Shown here piece after piece: positions 52,416-64,000 of a stretch of 64,000 nt of DNA (its first letter is position 1; the number at the start of each line of letters is the position of its first letter). The stretch spans positions 6,634,001 to 6,698,000 of the forward strand of contig NC_043006.1 in the NCBI RefSeq assembly GCF_006345805.1, in the 5' to 3' direction. A program made the translations under genes and the position numbers. This stretch comes from Octopus sinensis. Lineage: Eukaryota. The notes under the pieces are model-generated. The model was not told the origin of the DNA, did not search any database, and saw only the letters and a list, made by a program, of their open reading frames with translations.

Positions 52416-52826
52416 ATTATTATTATTATTATTAACATTATTATTATTATTACTAGTAGTAGTAGTATTTACTTTTAATCTGCATATTCATTACAGTAAC
52501 TTGCCGAGACACACCTAGCGTCCTAGGGTGAGTGAAGGATAAGAGATTTTACAGTATGACTGAAAGCTTGGGGAGGGGAAGTTGCTGGAGTGAAATATCT
52601 TCATGTCTCTGAGACATGGTTCTCTTGGAATATTATCTAGATGTTTCTGACAGCCAGAAGTTAGGAATCCAGTCCAGACCTAGGGTTTTCCATTTGTGAG
52701 ACTGTCCAAGAGCATATATTAACTCTATTACTCATATTGCACCCCATTTCTACTCTTCAACTTCATCCATTCTCACTTTGTCACGTTCTATCCAGTGAGC
52801 TTCAGCATTATATTCTTTTTTTGTTA

Positions 52827-53057
52827 TTAACGATAAACACCCATAAAGGTTGATCTACATTTAATTCACTTCCTTTTGGGACAAAAGTGGCACCTAGTAT
52901 TTTCTAACAGGTGATGGACACTATACTTGCAGATACAGATTTCGCTATAGCTTTCTTGGATAACAAACTCATAAAAAGTGAGATTCGAGGGTAGCACGAG
53001 GAAAATATTAAAAAGGTTTCTGAAAAAATAAAGAAGCATAAATATAAAGTTTGTGAG
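52827..53057 (+). mobile_element. Gypsy LTR-retrotransposon RT remnant
   Basis: LTINTHKG*STFNSLPFGTKVAPSIF*QVMDTILADTDFAIAFLDNKLIKS, a decayed LPFG...YLDD region. Confidence 0.75.
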
Positions 53058-53079
53058 AATCATAAAATCTGAAAGGTTC

Positions 53080-53875
53080 TTTGCATTATCATTTTTGATG
53101 ATGACTTCGCATGCCAAGTCCATACTTCTTGCAAAGTGTCCAATGGACAATCCTTGGTATATTGTCATGCTGCCTCTCCTTTTCTTCTGGGTTAGTGGCT
53201 TACATTGACTGGTGATATACCACACGTTTCACCATTTTGTCCACAAATTCTGCACTTATCACTTTCTGATGTATTGTCTATTTTGTATTTGATGCAATTT
53301 GTTCTAAGTGCTTGCTCTCGGGCAGCACAGACTGGAAACTCCGTTTCTTATTCTAAATTAATTCTATTCATCGACAGCCATCTTTTTCCTCTGTCTGTCT
53401 TATCTTCAATATCCCTATGAAATTGTCCATGCATTCTTTTCTTTATCCAACTATTTTCAGTTTCTTTCATTCTCAAGTGCTTGTACCCTGCTTTATCTTT
53501 TCAATCTTCCAACCTACTCAAGCCTTACACATACTCGCTTCCAATAATAGTGGCTCTGTGGCATTTTTTACCTAGCATGCTATGTTGTTGTTTTTTTCTG
53601 CTCTAATGCTGTGTTTGCATCCAATCAGTCCTTTTCCTCCTCTTTTTCTTGATATATACAGTGTGTGTGACACTTTTTGGGTGAAGTCTCTCATATCTAC
53701 TCAGCAACTTCCTTGTCTTTCTGTCTAAGCTGTTTAGTTCGTCTACTGTCCACGCGTTTACCTTGCTCCATATCTCAGTTGAGAAACCGCCTGTGTTGAT
53801 AGCTTCTATCTTATTCCGTCTGTTTAATTTCGACTTATGGATCAGTCTCAGTTTGCGCAAATACTCCACTTCATA
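53080..53875 (-). mobile_element. R4/Dong-like LINE internal fragment
   Basis: EYLRKLRLIHKSKLNRRNKIEAINT...LDRKTRKLL...LHPKS; MHGQFHR; AAREQALRTN...DKCRICGQNGET. Its 5' end abuts (TCA)n(TTA)n. Confidence 0.75.
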
Positions 53876-53876
53876 C

Positions 53877-53916
<40 letters not shown>

Positions 53917-53941
53917 TATTATTATTATTATTATTATTATT

Positions 53942-54370
53942 GAGTGAGAGAGCAGTTCATGCCATCAAAGTGACACTGGGGTAAAATATACGAAGCCCAA
54001 TATACCCATCATGACTACCCGTCTGATAAGGGTGCACCAGGCACATGCATCACAACCATATGTGCGCGACATGGTGATCTCATATCAAGATAAACAGCAC
54101 ATGACCTTGCAGGTGGGGCCCAGTTAGAATTTTCTTCAGGTTGAGTAGCCCATCCCGCTCAAACGGTCCCTGAATAAGGGTTGTTTAAGGATGTTGAAAG
54201 AACCACCCATGTTTCCAGAGGTGAATTATTCAAACTCCAAAGAATCCCTCTCAACACATGGCTATGATGCTCCCCACTACTTCTGCTCGTGATCAGAGAT
54301 GCACATATCGTCAGCCACTAAGGGACATGCTCAACTGGTTAAGGTCAAACAACTGACAAGCAAATCTGTG

Positions 54371-54371
<1 letters not shown>
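53942..54371. mobile_element. 430-bp non-coding insert bounded by (ATT)n on both sides
   Basis: Complex sequence of higher GC content with sharp edges inside a TAA microsatellite. Single copy in the window. Confidence 0.5.
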
Positions 54372-54426
<55 letters not shown>

Positions 54427-55316
54427 CATCATCACTATTATCACTATTATTATTATCACAGCTATTATTATCATTAGATACGTATAATATGTATTATAAT
54501 GTAATGATGCATATTATGATAATTATTACAATAGTTGGTCCCGTAATTATAACCAACCTTGCTAATATTAGTATTATTAGTATTATTAAAATCGTAGCTG
54601 CCACCATTATCATTATCATTATCGTCTGAAAGAAAAACTATCAACAGCTATATTTTGATAGTTGCTCAGCTCATTAGTTATTTTCCACCAAAAATAATTG
54701 TCTATACTGTGGTCAGTTATTTTCCGAAAAGCCACTGTCTGTACTGAATGCCCATACCTTATTTTAGAACGAATTGCTGGAAATATTTTTAAAGTGTTCT
54801 TTCTTCTCTCTGTTTGTGCGTATGTCTGCATGTCTGTTAGATTCTGTGCATATGAGCATCTTTCTTGTCATATTGAAAATATTACTGTAACCTCTTCAGA
54901 AAATCAGGATTTCAAGTGTACCAACGAGAGGGAAAAAGAACCATTAACGTGTGTGCAGAAAAATTAGAAGTGACAAATTTTAGAAATTGACAGATATGTT
55001 TTTTTTTAAAATGCGCTAATCACTACTTCTAGTGACTTCTACAAGCCTTTGAAAATGATGAAAGTACACTCTAGTTGTTAACTACATGGCAACGGGGGAT
55101 TTACTCTTATAAAAAATAAATAAGCTTTAATTGAATTACAAATATGAGCGAAAAGATTTTTGCGAACTTTTATTTAAGTAGTATGTAGGTTTCTCTAATT
55201 CGTCTGCAATAAGTTCTATGTATATAACTAATACGAACTCACGCACACACACAAAATTTGTGTGTGTATGTATGTGTGTGTATTTGTATATGATTTTAAA
55301 AGAATTCAGGTATATA

Positions 55317-56074
55317 CAGGGTACTGTGAATAAACTGTCGACTAGAGTACGAAAAAATGAAAATAACATTGTCATCTCATTTTAACAGATATATTTACCA
55401 AAATTACATAAAAATTGAAATACTAAAGAGTAAATTTATTCAAGAAAATCACCGTTAGTTTCAACATGGTCCCCAGACGACATTGGAATCTCCTGTAACT
55501 CTTTCGGAAGGTCTCCATGTTAAGTCGGTCAATGCTACCATAATCTGTGCCTTCAGTTCATATTTCCTATTACAAGTAATTTTGCTGGTCTCTCTCAACT
55601 GCGCCCCACATATAATAATGAAGGGGCCATGATTGGGTTCTGCTACTTGTGTGGCATGCTGCCGAGTCCTGTTGCTAGACATAGGGTCGTCCACCAGCCA
55701 CCATCTTGAGTCTAAAGCCGTGTGGGAAGATGAATGTAGGCGCAACGTCGCCATCACTAGTGATCGCTCCATGATTGTGACTGGATGCTTGATTTTTACC
55801 ACTCTAGGTACATGCCCTCAGATTGCACTTTCCTTAGAGTGACACTCAAACACTCTGAAATGTTCGTATTGGAGCTTCTGGCGGGAATTCCAAACAGTAC
55901 AGCATGTTCTTTCCAAAATTCTGGCAGAATGAGCTGCGTCATGGTGCTGATTCTCTCACAGACGGTGCAGAAATGTTCCTACTATGTTGTGTAGTCGACA
56001 ATTTCAAAAGCACACAATACTCATGCGCGAAATTGAAAATATAAAACGGCAACAATTTACCCATCATGCACTGT
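55317..56074 (-). mobile_element. Internally deleted Tc1/mariner (maT-like) transposon
   Basis: Minus strand has N-terminus MTQLILPEFWKEHAVLFGI, then PYV*QQDSAACHTS and ELKAQIMVALTDL...GDFLE*. Decayed TA|CAG...CTG|TA ends. Confidence 0.7.
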
Positions 56075-57120
56075 ATATATGCACTACACGCTGTATATAG
56101 AACAACGTTTGAGTACATTTTATATAGTTAAAGTAATTCCGTGGAATATTCTTTATCTTCTCACGCAGAGAAATATAGAAGATTACAGTAATGTAAGCTT
56201 CAAATTTGGGATTCATATGTAGTAGTTTCCAAGTATTTCGAAACTGTCAATGTAACCCTACCCTAAACACTTTCTCGAATTACAAGATGCCCGAAATGTT
56301 TTTTCTCCCCCTTCTTCCCTGTGGTTGCAGTATATTTTGATTATGATTCCACTCAGAACCTCTTTCCAACACTCAAACAATATATTCGCTTTCTCTCCAA
56401 CGCACTATTCTCACAACTAACCATGAATCCATCTCAACTGCCCTTACTGCAACCTTTATTTTAGCATCACTCCTAGAATGTGCGATCTGCGCCAACGTAG
56501 ATTCTACACTTCCTGTGTCTTATCTCGCTTACTGGAATATCAGCGATAATTATTGAATTCACTCTCTTTCGCGCTCCCTCCCTCAAAATCCTGCATAAGT
56601 TTCCACCGCTCTTCTAACACATGGTAACATCAGCATTTGTTAGACGTCAGATTGTCCTGTATTCTATACAGATTTATTCTCCTCTCGTCTGCACGCTGAT
56701 CATCACTCCTTATCTCCAACTACAAAACTGACTCTGACGATGCGAATCATGGAAATCTTGAAATGTCCTTTCATCAAACTTCCTCTGAAATGCGTGGCAG
56801 TTCGAAACATATTCTTGAAACATTCTTGATATGTCCCCACCTCTGAAAGTAATATCTTCGAATCTATAACTGTCTCGACGCCGATCGGTTCTGTCGATCA
56901 CAACCTTATTTCCCGTTATACAAGAATTTTTATCAGAAGCAGTTTCTTCTTCTGAAGTTTATAAAAGCTGGTTAATACAAATTTAGTGACGCAATTTCGG
57001 AGACATAGGATAAGACGAAATTGCTGAAGGACCTTTGCCAATGAGAATAGTGCAAGTTCCAATTTGAATAGTTGCTTTCTGACTGAAACGTTTTCAATCT
57101 CGTAATCCACCACATGGAAT

Positions 57121-57253
57121 AGGTTGTTGGTTGGTTGGCATCCTTTTTGTCTCGGGAGACAATGGAGTTGCGCATAAAGTAGTCTAGTCCGGCTTTTACA
57201 TTTCATGTCCTGATACATTTCCTGCTGTGGCTGTGTAGTCCTATCCTGGACAA
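57121..57253 (-). mobile_element. 5'-truncated LINE-like 3' terminus sharing its tail with the 5S retroposon
   Basis: TSD ACATGGAAT at 57112-57120 and 57254-57262. Ends ACTCCATTGTCTCCCGAGACAAAAAGGATGCC followed by AACC/AAC repeats. Confidence 0.7.
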
Positions 57254-58840
57254 ACATGGAATGAGAATCTATGAAATCAGAGCTTTTGCAAACCACGATT
57301 CCTCGACCACATAGCTACATGAACGATTGAAACTATATCATAATTGGAACTAAAGAATAACAGTGAAGTGAATTACTAACTCTCGACTCATAAATATACT
57401 CGCAAAGCAGATATGTCTGGCTTTCCTTTTCATTAGTTCGGCTAAAAAATCTATTTTCTATGTATTAATGTATGTATCTATCTACATATCTGTCTGTCCC
57501 CCCTCTCTCCCTCTCTCTCTCTATATATATATATTTGTCTTTCTCTCATTTCCTACTAATCGACCTATTGATATGTGTGTGTGCTTATGTTGTGCTGTTA
57601 AACACTCATAAAACAAATGCTGAGCGCAATTCATATTACGAACACAAAATAAATAATTTTTAAAACTCTAACCGCAAATTGGCTAATTAAAAATGCTAAA
57701 AAATGTAGCAAAGATTATCTCTTTAAACCACATTTACTACAATAGATTCATTACTATTCGTATTACATTATGTAATATGTCTAAACGCGAGTGTATGTGC
57801 GTGGGTGCGCATAAGAATAAATTTTCTTGGGTTATGAAAAAAAAGTATTACGCGTCTTATAATTATCATCTGGAATATAGGAAACCTTATAATTCCAGCT
57901 CCCTTGGCAACGAAATACGTTTTCTTGGAGTAATTAAATAACAGAGACAATCCAATGTAAATTGTTTGCCAACCTTGAGACGAAACCATTTCGATTCAAT
58001 AGCAGTATTTAGATTAAAAGCTATACTTGTCGCTTCTTAACGTAGCCCATCAAAGATATTTTTAATTAGTTTAATGTGAGCCTCGAGTAAAATACTGTTA
58101 TATTTAGAAATATCAATTTTTAGTCCTCACCAATACTGCTAAGCTATTCCGTTACAATAAAAGCAAGCGATCAGATTTTTACATTTTATTCAAAATTCTA
58201 ATTATTTCTATTCATGTAAAACAGCTATTAGTGGACACGAAGTAGGCATTCAGTTGAAAAGTTAATTTCAGTAGTTTTGTTTTCGCCAAGCAATGAACGG
58301 TGGATTTGCGTGCATAGTCCCCATTACTGACTCATAAGTCATTGCTGATTCTATGAAATCAATATTCAGAGATATAAAATACCGTGATTGGAACTTTATT
58401 AAAGAAACCTATGTTAAACACATTTTCACGTTAATTCAGATTGATAAAAGCCTATTTTATTATAATAAAGATATGCCTACTAATGTAGGATAAAGAACGT
58501 ATTATTTCGAGAAAGGCGAGGCATATCAACAAAAGGCGATATTAGTGGAATTAATAAAATCGAGAACAACCCTAATATTTACTATAACTGTACACTTGGA
58601 ATGTGACAAAACCAAGACAGGACTTTTTCTGATTGAACCATTAGTGATAGATGAGTGAAGTAAATACAGCATCCTGTACAAGGGTCAGCCATTTCAATTT
58701 TGTCCTCTTGGAGACGATAACTGGTGTTTTGCATGAATGAAAAATGGTGGTGGTGGTGGGGGTATTATTTATTGAAACTGCTTCAGCTTATGTTTTCTAG
58801 AACAGAATTCACAATCAGTAAAGCAGTGCATCAATCAGAG

Positions 58841-59215
58841 TGGAGGCGCAATGGCCCAGTGGTTAGGGCAGCGGACTCGCGGTCATAGGATCGCGGTTTC
58901 GATTCCCAGACCGGGCGTTGTGAGTGTTTATTGAGCGAAAACACTTAAAGCTCCACGAGGCTCCGGCAGGGAGTGGTGGCGATCCCTGCTGTACTCTTTC
59001 ATCACAACTTTCTCTCACTCTTACTTCCTGTTTCTGTTGTACCTGTATTTCAAAGGGCCGGCCTTGTCACTCTCTGTGTCACACTGAATATCCCCGAGAA
59101 CTACGTTAAGAGTGCACGTGTCTGTGGAGTGCTCAGCCACTTACACGTTAATTTCACGAGCAGGCTGTTCCGTTGATCGGATCAACCGGAACCCTCGTCG
59201 TCGTAACCGACGGAG
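58841..59215 (+). mobile_element. SINE family A
   Basis: Near-identical to 9147 and 61378. Imperfect TSD AGTGCATCA(A/G)TCAG. Confidence 0.9.
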
Positions 59216-59447
59216 AAAAAGTGCATCAGTCAGGGAGACTTTCAGCTAATGAATGTTGCGTAGCACGTGGAAACAGAATAATAAACTATTAAAACATGGT
59301 CGAAATATACCTCAGGCATTATCATAAAGGAACAGGAAAGAAAAATCAAATACGCCAAAAACCCGTTCTTTCAATACTAAATTTAATTCTAAAATTCCAC
59401 TAAAATTTCAGTCTCGTCTTTGTTTTTAGGTAAGTTGTACTCTTATC

Positions 59448-59461
59448 TTCATCATCATCAT

Positions 59462-59493
<32 letters not shown>

Positions 59494-59712
59494 TCATCAT
59501 CATTATCATCATCAACATCAACATAATTATCGTCTTCATCGTTGTCGTCGTCATCATCATCATCATCGTCGTCGCTTCTTCTACTTCTTCTCTTCTTCTT
59601 CTTCTCTTCTTCTTCTTCTTCTTCTCTTCTTCTTCTTCTTCTTCTTCTTTTCTTCTTCTTCTTCTTCTTCTTCTTCTTCTTCTTCCCCTTCGCCGCCGCC
59701 TTCGTCGTCTTT
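59448..59712. repeat. (CAT)n/(CTT)n trinucleotide microsatellites
   Basis: Direct inspection. Confidence 0.95.
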
Positions 59713-60479
59713 CTCTTTCTCTTGTTTGCCGTTATCTTTCTTCACTGCTATCTCTTTACTTCTAATTTTATTTTTATTCCTTAAGGTGGTGTTTACAAAT
59801 TAAAGTTGTAAATATTTCGCCACTAGTCTCTGTCCCTGGAAACTTTATCAAGCTTTACTAAATCTCACAGTGTGTCTGACTAATTTACCATTTACATTGG
59901 AATTTTCTCTCTTCGCCATTTTTTTTTATAGATGATAAGATACTATAGCTTTGTTCATTCATTCAAGAGCGTACTCTAATTTATATATTAGATCTTAAAA
60001 TTAATCTGTGTTGACAGAAAATGTTATGAGACAAGAATCTCAACGCTATTACAAACAGCCGATTTGGAAAATATACGAATTTTTGTATTTTTGTAAATAA
60101 AAACATTTCAAGAAATCGAATACTATAAGTGGAGCATAGGTGAGAATGTTCTGAACAATTTATTTCTTTAACTATTTGTTCTATAGAGAAGGTACTAAGG
60201 TGAGAGGTCTCTGTCATTTACTGGCTGTTTTGTCAAGGGCTTAATCAGAGGAAGAAGGAGCGATTTTAATTTTGCTTTGGAGATATCGGTGAGTGATGCG
60301 ATGATGGGTTAAATTTCTCATCAGACCGGAAACGCGATAAGAATGATTCCATAAAAGGCAGGAAATGAACTGACACTGCTATTCATGCTGACTGATGCAT
60401 CTTGTATAAAATGACAAAAATATACGAGAACATAATCGGCATCTAATAAGGTTTGTTAAACAGAAACCTTTAACTGTTA

Positions 60480-60890
60480 GTTTCAAATTTTGGCACTAGG
60501 CCAGCAACTTATATTGACTTCAATACTTTATTGGTTCTTATTTTACGGAGCCTGAATGGATGAAAGGTAAACTCGACCGCAACGTGTTTTGAACTCTCAA
60601 AGAGGGACGAAATACTGCAAATAATTTTGCCCGACGTGCTAACGATTCTACCTGCTAGTCGACTTTAAATATTGATTTACTATGTTATCACAAGGCCAGA
60701 AAGTTTGTGGGAGAGATTGACATGATTACATCGACCCCACTGCTTAACTGGTACTTATTTTTCCGACACGGAAAGGATGAAATGCAAAGTGTAACCTCGG
60801 CAGGATTTGAACTCAGGACGTAAAGACGGACGAAATGCCGCTAAGTATTTTACTCGGCGTGCTAGCAATTCTGCCTGCTCATCACCTTAG
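60480..60890 (-). mobile_element. Two tandem degraded SINE family C-like copies
   Basis: GGATGAAAGG...TTTGAACTC...GACGAAAT...CGTGCTA..ATTCT occurs twice. Confidence 0.6.
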
Positions 60891-61377
60891 AGTTTGCTGG
60901 ATGTTACAAACTGTTTTTGTGATAACATTTTGACAAATTGTAATATATCTGAAGATGAGAAATTCCCGTTAGGAATCAAATGAGGTAAACTTTCATTCAG
61001 GTAAACATTGGAAATTATCCAGGAATACTCGCCAGAACAAAACAAAGAAAAATATCAAAAGTGAGTAATTAAGAAAACTAATTACGATAAAATGTAATAA
61101 CCTTATAACATAAATACTGAATTGAGAATTCAATGTTTGTTTAATTCTTTCAAAATTTGTTTCCATAACATTGACTGGTAATGAACAAGTTTGAGGGCAA
61201 AATGCTTTTCAGTTTCTAGGAATCAAGAATTTTTTTTTTCCTTGATCGTTTTTACAGCTTTTAAGTTATAGGTGTAGGTGTTTAAGTCAGGATTTTAGAT
61301 TGAGCTAATTAGATTCAGCTAATACTGATCTGAGCAGCACTGCATTATGGAAACGTGAGTCGTTATATATCACTTCG

Positions 61378-61765
61378 TGGAGGCGCAATGGCCCAGTGGT
61401 TAGGGCAGCGGACTCGCGGTCATAGGATCGCGGTTTTGATTCCCAGACCGGGCGTTGTGAGTGTTTATTGAGCGAAAACACCTAAAAAAGCTCCTCGAGG
61501 CTCCGGCAGGGGATGGTGGTGATCCCTGCTGTACTCTTTCACCACAACTTTCTCTCACTCTTACTTCCTGTTTCTGTTGTACCTGTATTTCAAAGGACCG
61601 GCCTTGTCACTCTCTGTGCCACGCTGAATATCCCCGAGAACTACGTTAAGGGTACACGTGTCTGTGGAGTGCTCAGCCTCTTACACGTTAATTTCACGAG
61701 CAGGCTGTTCCGTTGATTCGGATCAACCGGAACCCTCATCGTCGTAACCGACGGAGTGCTTTCAC
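61378..61765 (+). mobile_element. SINE family A
   Basis: TSD ATATATCACTT at 61365-61375 and 61766-61776. Confidence 0.9.
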
Positions 61766-62177
61766 ATATATCACTTTGAATACAAAATTTCATAATATTC
61801 TAACTTTTATCCTGTTATCGTTTTAGTCATTTCCCTACGACCATGCAAGGGAACTGCCTTGATGAATTTTAGTCCAACGACACGACTCTAGAACTTATTC
61901 TCTTCACAGAAAATACCAAAACCCGCGTGGCTTATGCAGCTACTATACTTCACATATAGAAGTTTTATCACTAGAAACAGCAGCCAAATTGTATCAAATT
62001 ACACAATCCTATTCTAGAATTTAAGGGTATTATCGAAAATGTGCTCCAAAATATTAAATAAAACTGGATGAGTCTGACTTGAATATATGTGTGTGTGTGC
62101 GTATGTGTGTGCGCGTGTCAGCCTGTGTGTGTGTGTGTGTGTTTGTATATAGATAAATAAATAAAAACACACACTCA

Positions 62178-62220
<43 letters not shown>

Positions 62221-62238
62221 TATATATATATATATATA

Positions 62239-62300
<62 letters not shown>

Positions 62301-62502
62301 TTATGAGAGGTAATGGTATCAGTAAGACCCAAAGGTGTCAGGTAATGCTGAGTAAGTGCTATGGATAGACCATAGTTAAGCTCCAGGTTCGGTGATTATG
62401 CGAATAAGGAGTCCAACGTAGGTCATATATCGGCGTGTGTATATAACAAAAATATTTTTTTCAGAATGAGATAAAAAAACCAAGGCCGTGAAAATTTTAG
62501 AA

Positions 62503-62551
62503 CGTTTACAGCTGTTTCCAGAATATTTATTATATCCCTTCATCGGAGACG
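62503..62551 (-). ncRNA. Type I hammerhead motif, U4C variant, inside an inverted-repeat element (62460-62647)
   Basis: Minus strand reads CGUCU-CCGAUGA-A-GGGAUAU AAUAA AUAUUCU-G-GAAAC-AGCU-GUA-AACG. Stem III ACAGCUGU is palindromic. Confidence 0.6.
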
Positions 62552-62811
62552 GTGTGAGAAAATGGTTAAACAATAGTTAAGATAAGATTATTTTATCTAA
62601 ATTAACTATTGCTCAACCATTTTCTGTTTTTTTTATCTCATTCTGAATATATATATATAGTAATAATATAAAATGCTCCGAGTTGAAACAACCTCATATC
62701 ACATACCCATAACCCACACTTCTCTTTCTCTGTTTTTTTCCCCTCTGTCTCTGTCAGTCTCTCTCTCTCTCTCTCTCACTCTCTTTTTCTCTCTCTCCCT
62801 CACTCTCTTTT

Positions 62812-62846
<35 letters not shown>

Positions 62847-63566
62847 ACTCTTCTCGCCCACTCATTCTCTTCTATGAAAATTTGGCAGAAGTACATTTCG
62901 TTACCAAGACAATAATTCTACGGTCCTCGCCTTTAATTTACGTTTATTCACTTCTTCAATGAAATCAAATGAAATACCATTTCCTATCATTTTAAGTTAT
63001 CCACAATTATAAAAACACAGAACAGCTTCAATACTTTTTCCTCACAAATAAGACACAACATAAAATAGGATACGAATACATACACATTGTTTCGAAATAC
63101 AAATATGGATTTACACTGGATATGTGCCAGATCATTTATTTCAATGACTTTCAGGAGGATAATATGAGACCCTAGAGCTTTTGTTGCATATGAAATCACA
63201 GCTGATAACAATCATTATAGAGAAACCAAAGGATGCACAGAATATTTTAAGCAATTGAATTCCTGAAAGCCATATGTGACTTAAGCTTTAATTGTTCGGA
63301 GAAAGGTTGACCGATAATTCATGAGTGATTTAGGTTGTAGGCGGCTCTGATGTATGGAAGCGAATGAATGAAGGCAACGCTCTATTCAGTTATGCGTAGT
63401 CTTGAAAATGGAATGAATTCTCGAAATGGAAATATATGGGTTAGATTCAAACTGTAGAAGTATAGTTATTTTCTTTCTTAACAATTGAACTTTGTTTATC
63501 AAAACAAGCTCATACTTGCGCGCAAAGAAAAAAGATGCGGACATACATATTCGTACATATCCAAAT

Positions 63567-63610
<44 letters not shown>

Positions 63611-63719
63611 ACGGGCATGTTCTAGTATATATGTAATCTCAATTCCATACACACACACATACATCGATGTAACGTACATATATAATGCTTCTATATTATA
63701 CATATTAGCCACTACACAC

Positions 63720-63983
<264 letters not shown>

Positions 63984-64000
63984 TCCTATGAATTTGTGGA

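Noticed and set aside
59420-59803. Poly-His/Ser/Phe ORF
   Set aside because: It is a translation of (CAT)n and (CTT)n microsatellites.

Overview
AT-rich, microsatellite-dense eukaryotic DNA. The tRNA-derived SINE families and mollusc-type 5S sequence suggest a cephalopod such as Octopus (inference). I cannot support any intact host protein-coding gene: nearly all listed ORFs are microsatellite translations or transposon remnants. The window contains several tRNA-derived SINE families, non-autonomous Helitrons plus a STPR-repeat remnant, and fragments of RTE, R4/Dong-like, Tx1/L1-like, Penelope-like, Gypsy, Tc1/mariner and hAT-like elements. Four signals stand out. (1) About ten minimal type I hammerhead-ribozyme motifs, folded by eye, sit in several families of short non-coding elements, including a 552-bp-period partial tandem (retrozyme-like) and recurrent core variants. 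(2) A 5S rRNA-headed retroposon shares an identical 35-bp stem-loop tail with a truncated LINE-like insert 35 kb away. (3) Element families appear to partition among microsatellite targets: (GATA)n for Tx1-like, (TAA)n for Dong-like and (TA)n for ribozyme elements. (4) An RTE insertion carries a twin-priming-type 5' inversion. Coordinates were read by hand and boundaries of degraded elements are approximate.
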